A stretch of 64,000 nucleotides of DNA from Methanobacteriota archaeon (lineage in GTDB: Archaea > Thermoplasmatota > Poseidoniia > MGIII > CG-Epi1): NCBI GenBank assembly GCA_002687355.1, contig NYZZ01000041.1:38156-102155 (forward strand), written 5' to 3'. The notes beneath the pieces were generated by a model. That model was not told the DNA's origin. It saw nothing but the letters and a program-made list of their open reading frames with translations, and did no database searches. Positions 47,447 to 55,853 of this stretch are shown piece by piece. Position 1 is the first letter of the stretch; each line of letters begins with the position of its first letter. Both the position numbers and the translations under genes were made by a program.

Positions 47447-48232
47447 TCAATGTTCCAGACCGAGTAGTTCCCGACTGGAATCGCGAATCAATCCGAGCGC
47501 CCAGCGCGCAATCACAACTCCACCAATGATGCCGACCAGCGGGTCAAGGAATACCAGGGCACTGCCGGGGAACACCATCCCTAGTAACAGTGCTAGGATA
47601 ACGAAGACTGAAACGAGTGCGTCAGCGAGCACATGCAGGTAGGCACCGCGTAGATTCAGGTCTGCGATGTCTTGTGAACTGGCAAAGAGGTGCTCAATGC
47701 GGGAGAGGATGAACTCGAAGTCTTCAGCGTAGGATTGCACCAGCCGGTTCCACTGGCCATAATCACGTGGCGCGTGCGCGTGCGAGTGTGTGTGGCCATG
47801 CTCGCCGTGACCGTGTCCCAGGATCCAGGCGCACCATCCGTTGACTAACAGTCCTATGACTGCCACCGGCAACGCTTGTCCATAGTTTATTTCTGGCCGA
47901 TCAACAAAGTGGAGGAAGGCCTCGTATCCAATGTATAGCGCTACTATGCCAAGGACGATAGCGCTCGCAAAGCCACCCAGCGCATTAGCGCGGCTCGCCT
48001 GTACGCTACCTTCCTCAATGTCGGGGTGTACACGCGTAAAATGGTAGGCGTAAAGTGTGATTCCCAGCGCAGCTGCGTGGGTTCCCATGTGCCAGCCATC
48101 GGCGAGCAGAGCGATCGAGTTTGTGAATAGGCCGGTGGCGATTTCAACGACCATCATCACCAGTGTAATGGCTACGACGACTTGCGTCCGTCGCTCGCCA
48201 TCCTCAGCTATGGCTTGCGGGTCACCGTGCAT
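47447..48232 (-). CDS. cation diffusion facilitator (CDF) family metal efflux transporter, short form
   Basis: TM helices with LLADGWHMGTHA and HVLADALVS metal-site motifs, plus a His-rich loop (HGHGEHGHTHSHAH). Only 261 aa, so the usual cytoplasmic C-terminal domain is short or absent. Confidence 0.65.
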   Translation of the reverse strand: MHGDPQAIAEDGERRTQVVVAITLVMMVVEIATGLFTNSIALLADGWHMGTHAAALGITLYAYHFTRVHPDIEEGSVQASRANALGGFASAIVLGIVALYIGYEAFLHFVDRPEINYGQALPVAVIGLLVNGWCAWILGHGHGEHGHTHSHAHAPRDYGQWNRLVQSYAEDFEFILSRIEHLFASSQDIADLNLRGAYLHVLADALVSVFVILALLLGMVFPGSALVFLDPLVGIIGGVVIARWALGLIRDSSRELLGLEH

Positions 48233-48277
48233 TGTGGGGCGGCAGTCCGCGTTGGCTATAACAATGGCGCCAAGCGA

Positions 48278-48592
48278 TTACTGGCCCGTGAGGAAATCTC
48301 GAATGCGTCCCTCCAATTCAGGCTGCGTGACGGGTGGTGCAATTCCGACGCGTCGTAGCCGCCCTGCCATGCTTGCGCTGGCAATGGAATAGATAACTCG
48401 CCGCCCGTCGCGCCGCCGTTGGAGAATACCTGCTTCGACCAGCAGCTGTAGATGGCGCGACACTGTCGTACGATCGCGACCCGCCGCGACTGCCAACCAT
48501 CCAGCCTCTTGTTCACCTTCGAGCAGAGCACTTACGATACGTAATCTTCTCTCGTCGCTTAGTGCCTTAAAGAATCGAGCCAGCCCAACCAT
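48278..48592 (-). CDS. ArsR/SmtB family metal-responsive transcriptional regulator
   Basis: FKALSDERRLRIVSALLEGEQEAGWLA...TVSRHLQLLVEAGIL is an ArsR-type HTH. Directly upstream of the CDF transporter. Confidence 0.75.
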   Translation of the reverse strand: MVGLARFFKALSDERRLRIVSALLEGEQEAGWLAVAAGRDRTTVSRHLQLLVEAGILQRRRDGRRVIYSIASASMAGRLRRVGIAPPVTQPELEGRIRDFLTGQ

Positions 48593-48684
48593 ATATATGT
48601 ATAAATGTACAAATATAAAAGTGTTGGGTTGATTTGATGGCTATTCAGGTCTCTTAATCTAGCGAAACTAGCCTGCGTTGTCAC

Positions 48685-50397
48685 CTAATCCAGATACGTG
48701 TTAAGCACGGGCTTCTCGTCGAGGTGGAAGAACATGTAGAGCGCCCACCAAGTGATGATGTCCAGCGAATTGACCATGTTCTCTTCTCCCGTAGCGTTGT
48801 TGCCGTAAGGACGGGCGGGGGCGGAATTGTCCATCCACTCAGTCATCTCCTCGAGCGTGTCGCAGGTCTGATGGTAGCACCAGTAGCCGTCAACCAGCCC
48901 CCCGTAGCCGAGGGTGATGGTGCCCAGGTTGTCTTGGAAGCTAGCGTGGTCGCTGCGCGCTGTCGTATCTTCGTAGACGATGACTTCGGGGCGCTCCTGC
49001 CGCAGCCAGACATCATATTTCCAAGTCGCGGCATCGTCGCTCTCGTTGCCGACCAGCACGTCCATCTGCGCCGAGACGTTGATGGCGTCAGCGCCGACCC
49101 AGCGCGTCAGATGCACCATTCCGGGCTGGTTGACTGCGTTGTGGTCTAGCGACGGACCGATGTAGAGTCTCAATGGCCACACCTCCGAATCTTTGGGATA
49201 GCCGCTCTCTGCCGGTTGTGGATCAGGGTCACCGTGCGGGGCACCGCCTCCGCCAGGCCAGTTGACTCCCGCCATGTCCAAGTTAACGTAGTTGGTAACG
49301 GTGACCTCGGGATGGTCGCCCTTGACGTAGTATTCGGTCCAGTAGTCGCTGCCGCGCTTGCCTCCCTCCTCGCCCGACCAGAGACAGAAAACCATCGTGC
49401 GGCGACTGGCGAAATCGCTCATTGCTTCGGCGACGTTCAGCACCATACTTGTGCCGGCAGTGTTGTCGTAAGCGCCGACGCGGGTGCCGTAGCTGCGGCT
49501 GCCAGTAACGTGCGGATCGAGAAGACCCGCGTTGGTCGGCGGGGCGACGTCGAAATGCGCGCCGAAGACCAACCACTCGTTAGGATAGAGTGTCCCATAG
49601 CGGTAGCCGCAGATGTTGTATGCCTCCGGGTTTTGCATGCCTAAGATATCGGTGAATTGGAAGCGGTGCGCCTGAACATCCAGCCCGTACGATTCCAGCT
49701 CGCCAATCAGGAACTGCGCTGCGTCCTCGTAGGCAGAGTTGCCCTGCCCCGCCCAACGGTCGAGGTATCCTTCAGCAAGGTCTGGTGGGAGCCCTGGAGT
49801 ATCATCAGTGAGCATGTGAATGGTGTTAAACACTGAACGCCCATCAATGACGCCCGTCGCGTAGCGACTGCCTTCATCCAAAGTATACGCGGGAGATTGT
49901 AGCCGCATGACCGGCACGCGTAATGGGATGACGCGGCCGCCGTCCTCGCTTGAGGCATTGATGGCGTCAAACCCTGTTTCTTGCGGGACACGCTCGACCA
50001 TTGTCACGGCAGGCATTCCCCGTACAACCCACATCTCCCAACTTTCACCTGGGTCGCGTGCCGGCCAGTGCTGCCGGCCGCTCTCGCTGATGAACAGGTA
50101 GACTGAATCAATGCGGGGCGGCGCAAGCATTTGCAACTGCACAGTCTCGCCCAGCGCTAGGTCGATAACGGTCGAATTCTGAATGTAACCGGTCGCCGGG
50201 TTTAGCAGCAGGTACGGCACGTAGACTGCCATCGGCTGTCCCGCAGTCAGCACTAGTGGCTGAAACTCGCCTCCCGTCAATACTTGCGGCGCGACCGTCA
50301 GATCCCCGGCTGAGAGAGGCTGTATTTCCTCGCTATCAAGGCAGCCCGCCAGCGCAGGAAGCAGGAACAGGAATGCAGCTGCGCAAGGCTTCAGCAT
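48685..50397 (-). CDS. secreted M28-family metallopeptidase (aminopeptidase-like), probable lipoprotein
   Basis: Signal peptide ending in a lipobox (LLPALAGC). M28 zinc-ligand blocks FGAHFD..., GAYDNTAGTSMVLNVAE, WSGEEGG. Start set at MLKPCAAAF; the ORF is open to 50457. Confidence 0.65.
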   Translation of the reverse strand: MLKPCAAAFLFLLPALAGCLDSEEIQPLSAGDLTVAPQVLTGGEFQPLVLTAGQPMAVYVPYLLLNPATGYIQNSTVIDLALGETVQLQMLAPPRIDSVYLFISESGRQHWPARDPGESWEMWVVRGMPAVTMVERVPQETGFDAINASSEDGGRVIPLRVPVMRLQSPAYTLDEGSRYATGVIDGRSVFNTIHMLTDDTPGLPPDLAEGYLDRWAGQGNSAYEDAAQFLIGELESYGLDVQAHRFQFTDILGMQNPEAYNICGYRYGTLYPNEWLVFGAHFDVAPPTNAGLLDPHVTGSRSYGTRVGAYDNTAGTSMVLNVAEAMSDFASRRTMVFCLWSGEEGGKRGSDYWTEYYVKGDHPEVTVTNYVNLDMAGVNWPGGGGAPHGDPDPQPAESGYPKDSEVWPLRLYIGPSLDHNAVNQPGMVHLTRWVGADAINVSAQMDVLVGNESDDAATWKYDVWLRQERPEVIVYEDTTARSDHASFQDNLGTITLGYGGLVDGYWCYHQTCDTLEEMTEWMDNSAPARPYGNNATGEENMVNSLDIITWWALYMFFHLDEKPVLNTYLD

Positions 50398-50426
50398 TGC
50401 CCCGCTAGCCTTCTGGAGGATAAAGC

Positions 50427-52271
50427 TCACTCCGCCACACACGCCGGATGGCGGCACTGTGGCGGCAGGAAGTAATGCTCCGTGTCCGGGTCAACGATGT
50501 CGACACGCAGGACGCTGCTGGCGCCGGGTTCGATTTCAACCGGGGCGGAGGTTGAGGCAGGCAGGTAGTCATCTCCAGTCGAGCGCAGGCTCAATCTTAG
50601 CGTGTGACCTTCTGGGATAACAACGTCCATTGCCAAAAATTCCATTTTCGCGTTGATGGTGACACCAGGCGCTACGACTTGATAGTCAGTGCCACCAGCA
50701 TGATAGCGCAGATCCATGATGGCGTGGCCAACATGAATGCACCCTTCACTGTCGCAGTCCTGCAACAGCGCGTAGAGCTGACCACCTGAACCCTGAGGCG
50801 TGACATCAACATGTAGCTGAGGCAGTCCGCCAAAACGGAATTCTGTCGCAAATGCTTCAGTCTCGAAAACTACGTCTTGACTACCAGGGTAGACTAGTAG
50901 GCTACCTCCTGGGTGCACTAGTTCCTCACCAAGTGCGAACTCGCGCTTCTCGGCGCCTGCCTGTGGGTAGCGGTCGGTGACGCGCCACTGTCCGTGGTTG
51001 TCTTGGATTTCTGTCCACATATTCGGCTTGGGACCCTCCTCACGCAGGTACCAGGTAAACCACTCCAACAAGTCCTGCATCCAGTCGTAGCGCACCATCT
51101 GCGGGAACGCCTCCGAGCCACGCCCCGGGTCACTGCGGTCCCTCAGGTAAGTCGGCCGGTCAGGATAATCGTGGTCCCACTGCCCCATCAATAGCTTCGC
51201 TTCGATGCCGTAATCCTTGAGTATATTCAACGTCGGGATTGCCATATGCGGGTCAACGTTCCAGTCGTGGAAACCATGTACTATGTAGACGCTTCCTTCG
51301 TAATTTTCGAGCACTTCCGGCAGGAAGTAGCGCTCCTCCCAGTAGCCCTCAACCAACGTATTTTGGAACTCATTCCCGCCGAAGACATAGCCATTAGCAC
51401 CGTGGATTGGTCCAGCAATATAGTCCGGACACGCATTCTGCAAATCCTCGTCATCGCCATCGGTGCCAAATCCACCGTAAACAACATTATGCATGAATGG
51501 CGCCCGTGCTTCGGAGGAGCCATTGCGCCACATGAGTTCACGCACGCCAATTAAACCTGAGATGGGGACGATAGTTTTGAGGTGCGGGTTACCGAACTGC
51601 GCCGATTGCCACTGAGTCGACCCATCGTATGACTTGCCGATGATGCCAACATTACCGTTGCTCCATTCCTGGGTGCCGAGCCAAGTTACCGCTGCGTCGA
51701 CCCCTAGCTGCTCGGCGTATCCCATCAGGTCCATGCAGTGGTTGCTTGCACCGGTTCCAAAAACCGAGACCTGTGCAAAGGCGAAACCGTGCGGCAGGAT
51801 GTTGTTAATAATATTCGCGCCGAGCCAGCTCCCAGGCACGGTGATGTCAGGGGTGCTGACTACCTGCTCGCCAAAGTAGGGGCCGATTTCGACGATGACT
51901 GGCACCTGTTCTCCCGTAGGAACTGCAGGTCTCCAGTAGGCGAGTGAGACGCGTGGGCACTTGTCTGGATCAAGACCGCTGACGCAGAGAGGGTCGGTTG
52001 CCGCGCCCAGTTCGGAGGCAGGCAGGTCGACTGAGATGAACTCATGGACTGAGCCCCATTCATTCTCTGTCGCGAGCAGGCCATACTGCCCTGGTTCTAG
52101 CACATGCCCCCAGTCGCCTGTAGTGTTGTAATCCTCATAGATGCGGCTCCAAACCGGGACGTAGTCAACTGGCAGTCCGCGCTCTTCCTCTTGCAGCGCT
52201 AGCCAAGCTAGACTCGAGAGCATGAGCAACGCGGTGAGCAGAGCGAAGCCCCGCTCGGAGGTCGGCGTCAT
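50427..52271 (-). CDS. secreted CocE/NonD-family (Xaa-Pro dipeptidyl-peptidase S15-like) alpha/beta hydrolase
   Basis: Signal peptide, a nucleophile elbow GKSYDG, a catalytic region VYIVHGFHDWNV, and a C-terminal beta-sandwich domain. Confidence 0.65.
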   Translation of the reverse strand: MTPTSERGFALLTALLMLSSLAWLALQEEERGLPVDYVPVWSRIYEDYNTTGDWGHVLEPGQYGLLATENEWGSVHEFISVDLPASELGAATDPLCVSGLDPDKCPRVSLAYWRPAVPTGEQVPVIVEIGPYFGEQVVSTPDITVPGSWLGANIINNILPHGFAFAQVSVFGTGASNHCMDLMGYAEQLGVDAAVTWLGTQEWSNGNVGIIGKSYDGSTQWQSAQFGNPHLKTIVPISGLIGVRELMWRNGSSEARAPFMHNVVYGGFGTDGDDEDLQNACPDYIAGPIHGANGYVFGGNEFQNTLVEGYWEERYFLPEVLENYEGSVYIVHGFHDWNVDPHMAIPTLNILKDYGIEAKLLMGQWDHDYPDRPTYLRDRSDPGRGSEAFPQMVRYDWMQDLLEWFTWYLREEGPKPNMWTEIQDNHGQWRVTDRYPQAGAEKREFALGEELVHPGGSLLVYPGSQDVVFETEAFATEFRFGGLPQLHVDVTPQGSGGQLYALLQDCDSEGCIHVGHAIMDLRYHAGGTDYQVVAPGVTINAKMEFLAMDVVIPEGHTLRLSLRSTGDDYLPASTSAPVEIEPGASSVLRVDIVDPDTEHYFLPPQCRHPACVAE

Positions 52272-52317
52272 CTGTTGGGCCCATTCTGGCAGGATAAAGA
52301 AGTTCGCCTCTCACTAC

Positions 52318-53007
52318 TCATGGAAGCAGCTCCCCTGCCAAAATTGCGTTGGCTAGCAGTAGCATTCCCACAATTATTGGCTGATGCAGCAGGTAGATGG
52401 GCAACGTGTGCCGACCTAACCAGAGCAGTCCGTCCGGCCATTCGTATGGAAGCCGCGGTCGACTTTCGGCGTAGGTGTAGCTGCCAGCAAAATACGCAAG
52501 CAGGAACACTCCTAGCCACGGCTTCAGTGGAAAGTAGTCGACTGTCACATAGTCGTAGCCGCGCAGTCCAAGCCACTCGCCTTCTGGCAGTGTTAGCCAC
52601 GGCAGCAGCAAGCAAACTGTCCCGACGGGGAGCGCCAACCACGTGCGTCCCCGCATCAATAGCGCAAACAGTCCGGCCAGCGCTAGCAGGTGCAGCACAC
52701 CGAAGCGGACAAACGCCTGTGGGATAGCAATCCATGTAACGAGTGTAATTGCGTAGGCGCAGCCGGCAAGCCGCAATGAGCGGTACAGTACCTGGTGTGT
52801 GTTTCCTTTGCGGTTGGCTAGGAACGCTGCCACACCGGCGACTGCAACGAATAGCCCAGCTGTCAGGCGCGAAAACCACCACCAGCCACTGCCTTCGGCA
52901 ACATCCATGATGTCAAAGAAGTTCAGGTCGCTAACAAAGTTCGAGATTAGCATCATGCTCAGCGCAATCCCGCGCAGAGCGTCCAGTTCGTCGAGACGAC
53001 TAGTCAT
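52318..53007 (-). CDS. DUF1624/heparan-alpha-glucosaminide N-acetyltransferase-like integral membrane protein
   Basis: The N-terminal LDALRGIALSMMLISN motif and a polytopic hydrophobic profile typical of this acyltransferase-like family. Confidence 0.5.
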   Translation of the reverse strand: MTSRLDELDALRGIALSMMLISNFVSDLNFFDIMDVAEGSGWWWFSRLTAGLFVAVAGVAAFLANRKGNTHQVLYRSLRLAGCAYAITLVTWIAIPQAFVRFGVLHLLALAGLFALLMRGRTWLALPVGTVCLLLPWLTLPEGEWLGLRGYDYVTVDYFPLKPWLGVFLLAYFAGSYTYAESRPRLPYEWPDGLLWLGRHTLPIYLLHQPIIVGMLLLANAILAGELLP

Positions 53008-54389
53008 GTCTCGAATTCACGCCGCCCCAGCAGGTGCCTCAGAGCGTCCTCCAGATTCGGTAGTCGAAAGCGGTAGCCGCTTGCGATTAGCCGTTCCGAC
53101 GAAACGCGAGCGCTACTGAGCAGTAAGAGTCTCCCCATCTCACCCATTGCCCCGCTGACGGCGAATCGCGGTAGTGGAATTACAGCAGGTCGCCGCAGTA
53201 CACGACCAACGGTGGCGGCAAAGTCACGTTGCCTCACCGACCCGGTAACGACGTTGTGTGGCCCGCGCATCCTCTGGTCGCAGAGTGCATGGTGGATTGC
53301 ACCAATGGCGTCATCCATCGCAATCCACGACCACCACTGCTGTCCACCACCGATGGAGCCGGCACTCAGCGGTGCAAATAACGGGGGCAGCATCCGCGGC
53401 AACGCACCGCCTTGCGGGGAGAGCACAATTCCAAAACGTAAGTTGACGACACGTATCCCGGCTGCCACCGCAGGTTCGCAAGCAGCCTCCCAGTCACGCA
53501 CCACTTCAGCGAAGAAATCATCACCCGCCGGTTCATCTTCATCGAGCACATCATCGCCACGGTCACCATACCAGCCGACGGCCGACGCGCAGATGAGTGT
53601 GCGCGGCGGAACAATCATTGCAGCCAAGTGCTCGGCAAGTAGGCGTGTCCCGGCGATACGACTCTCGTGGATGCGCCGACGCTTGGCGGCCGACCAGCGC
53701 AGAAGCGCGCCGACGTTTTCGCCCGCTAGATGCACAATGGCATCATGCCCCTCCAATGGGCCGACATAATGCTGCGTCGGAGACCACTCGATCTCACCTT
53801 TACGCGGTTCACGGCGAACCATATTGGTCACAGCGTGGCCGCCCGAGGTCAGGAATGGCGTGAGTGCCGAACCGATAAGTCCACTGGCGCCGGTAATCGC
53901 GACACGCAGTTTTCCTGGCAAGCGATAGTGCCCCTCAACATCGTGACGCGTGACGTGATGCCTGTAGGCGAAGAGCTGGTGCACACGATAATCAACACCA
54001 CCAACGGCACGACCGAGCGCTCCGAATGGAGCTTCATATTCGACACAGTCATGTAGTAGCGATCGCCCATGACGTAGAGGTTCGAAGAGATGAGTGTGCT
54101 CCCAGTGGCGAAACGGTCCTCGTTCCATTGTGTCGACGAATTTCCTCTGGCGAACGTAGCTGTGGTGGCGCGCGACCCAGCGCCGGCGGAAAGGTGCGCG
54201 CACCTTCAGCTCAACTCTCCCGGACTGCAGGTCGCCTTCACGGCGCAGCAGCGTTACAGGGTCGAAAGGCGGTACCAGCCGATCGAAGGCACCGGGCCGT
54301 TCGTGCCACGCAAACAATTCTTCGACTGGCGCAGCAACCTCTGTTTCCCGCTCGAACAGTTCCACGCGCTCTAAATGGCACCACACCAT
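53004..54389 (-). CDS. SRPBCC (START/polyketide-cyclase-like) domain fused to TIGR01777/YfcH NAD-dependent epimerase-like domain
   Basis: A C-terminal Rossmann motif ITGASGLIGSAL and a DUF1731-like end, after a ~150-aa SRPBCC-like N-domain. Start set at ATG 54389 (MVWCHLERV); the ORF is open to 54455. Confidence 0.65.
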   Translation of the reverse strand: MVWCHLERVELFERETEVAAPVEELFAWHERPGAFDRLVPPFDPVTLLRREGDLQSGRVELKVRAPFRRRWVARHHSYVRQRKFVDTMERGPFRHWEHTHLFEPLRHGRSLLHDCVEYEAPFGALGRAVGGVDYRVHQLFAYRHHVTRHDVEGHYRLPGKLRVAITGASGLIGSALTPFLTSGGHAVTNMVRREPRKGEIEWSPTQHYVGPLEGHDAIVHLAGENVGALLRWSAAKRRRIHESRIAGTRLLAEHLAAMIVPPRTLICASAVGWYGDRGDDVLDEDEPAGDDFFAEVVRDWEAACEPAVAAGIRVVNLRFGIVLSPQGGALPRMLPPLFAPLSAGSIGGGQQWWSWIAMDDAIGAIHHALCDQRMRGPHNVVTGSVRQRDFAATVGRVLRRPAVIPLPRFAVSGAMGEMGRLLLLSSARVSSERLIASGYRFRLPNLEDALRHLLGRREFET

Positions 54390-54425
54390 AAGTAGCGTGG
54401 CCGGCGACCTTAAGCCACACGAGTC

Positions 54426-55853
54426 TTGCCGCGCGTGGCACGTCATCACGAACACATGCCGTCCGCCTACCGCACGCTGATACGGCGTTCGCGACAGGGA
54501 GCGCCAATGGAAGGGCTAGTTGAGCAGGCGCACGCGCTTGAACCCTACTATCGAGCTCAGGCACTGCTCGAGCTGTCAAGTCGCAACGACGTCACGCAGC
54601 GACAGGCACAATCGCTGGTTCGCGAAGCGCTCAGCACCGCCGAGCGTGTGGAACAAGAGTGGCGCCATGCCGAGTTGGTAGGTGAGCTGGCGAAGGGTCT
54701 CACCGATTGGCGCTCTGCGAGAGACCGCCCGCCAGCTATGCGTGCTTTGATGGTCCACCTGCGAACGCTGCACGGTGAAGCCCTAGTGACTGTGCTCAAG
54801 GAAGCTGCTTCGCGACTGCCAGCGAAACTACAGCACGATTTGCTTGAGCTGGCACTCGCCAATACAGGACAGGAAGTGGCGTCCGCCAAACCAGTACTGC
54901 GCGCTTGGGTGGGTGACTTGCAGCCAGTAGCAGTAATGGCGAACCTCTCCCAGCTGCCACGCCAGCAAGCGGTGCGGCTACTGGGCTACCTGCACCTGCA
55001 ATTACGGCGAAAAAAGCGCACAGTATCGCCGACACCGTTGGAACAGGCACTCACGCTCGGTCCGGGTGCAGAGGGGCTGCGCTACCTGGCTTCGGTCGCC
55101 GAACAGGATGAGCTGAATCTACTGACTGATGCATCCCGAGAGCGCCCACCAGATGAGGCTGCACGGTTGCTTGGCACCCTCGCCGGCACAGTACACCGAC
55201 TGGGCAATCGCACACTAGCGCAGGAGTGGCTGGCTGAGGGGAGTAAACTGGCTGGAGAAATCAATGATGATACTACACGCCAAAAAGTGCTTGAGACTCT
55301 TGCACGCGGTCAGGAACGACTGAGCAGCAAGGCTGCAAAAACTACGCCCGCAGTTGTCGCTGAACTGCCAACCCCGGCGGGAAAGCATGCACTTGGCCTT
55401 TGGAATGGCTACCGTGGAGGGTTGAAGGGACCGCACTTGCGGACGCTGGCACGTGCTGGAGCCCTCTGCGCCGGATTCGGGTTCGAGCTGGCGCTGGTCG
55501 ATTTTCCCGAAATGGATTTGCCCATACTGGCACGCAGGGTTGCGCAGGAATCACACGCTGATGGCGGTAGCTGGTTTGCCGCGCTTGTTGCGGAGAAACG
55601 GGTACGGCAGTTCAGCGGTGTTCCAGGGAAATGGGTTGGCACGTTGGTCGCAACGACTCCGCAACCGACCAAGCCAGAACCGCCTGATTCGTTCGAAGGA
55701 CGGCTCTGCCTACTGATGGGGGTCGGCCCGCAAGGATTACCGGGAAAGCTGCTCAAGGCATCTAAATTCCACCTCGAGCTGACCGGCCACAGCGTTGAAT
55801 TGGAGACCGCAACTGCGATGGGTGTGATTGCTGAACGGCTATCTCGCCTCTAA
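54426..55853 (+). CDS. fusion protein: N-terminal alpha-helical repeat domain + C-terminal Trm56-like SPOUT (tRNA ribose 2'-O-methyltransferase-like) domain
   Basis: The C-terminal ~170 aa align to aTrm56 blocks: GYRGGLKGPHLRTLARAGALCAGFG ~ [23 protein letters not shown], and GHSVELETATAMGVIAERL ~ NQPHSEVAALAVFLDRL. The N-terminal ~300 aa are helical repeats. The start is uncertain; alternative Mets lie at 54456 and 54507. Confidence 0.5.
   Translation: MPRVARHHEHMPSAYRTLIRRSRQGAPMEGLVEQAHALEPYYRAQALLELSSRNDVTQRQAQSLVREALSTAERVEQEWRHAELVGELAKGLTDWRSARDRPPAMRALMVHLRTLHGEALVTVLKEAASRLPAKLQHDLLELALANTGQEVASAKPVLRAWVGDLQPVAVMANLSQLPRQQAVRLLGYLHLQLRRKKRTVSPTPLEQALTLGPGAEGLRYLASVAEQDELNLLTDASRERPPDEAARLLGTLAGTVHRLGNRTLAQEWLAEGSKLAGEINDDTTRQKVLETLARGQERLSSKAAKTTPAVVAELPTPAGKHALGLWNGYRGGLKGPHLRTLARAGALCAGFGFELALVDFPEMDLPILARRVAQESHADGGSWFAALVAEKRVRQFSGVPGKWVGTLVATTPQPTKPEPPDSFEGRLCLLMGVGPQGLPGKLLKASKFHLELTGHSVELETATAMGVIAERLSRL

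Noticed and set aside
52268-52882. 204-aa minus-strand ORF overlapping the DUF1624 membrane-protein gene in another frame
   Set aside because: Completely nested within the longer hydrophobic ORF 52318-53007 and lacks motifs; a frame-shadow ORF.
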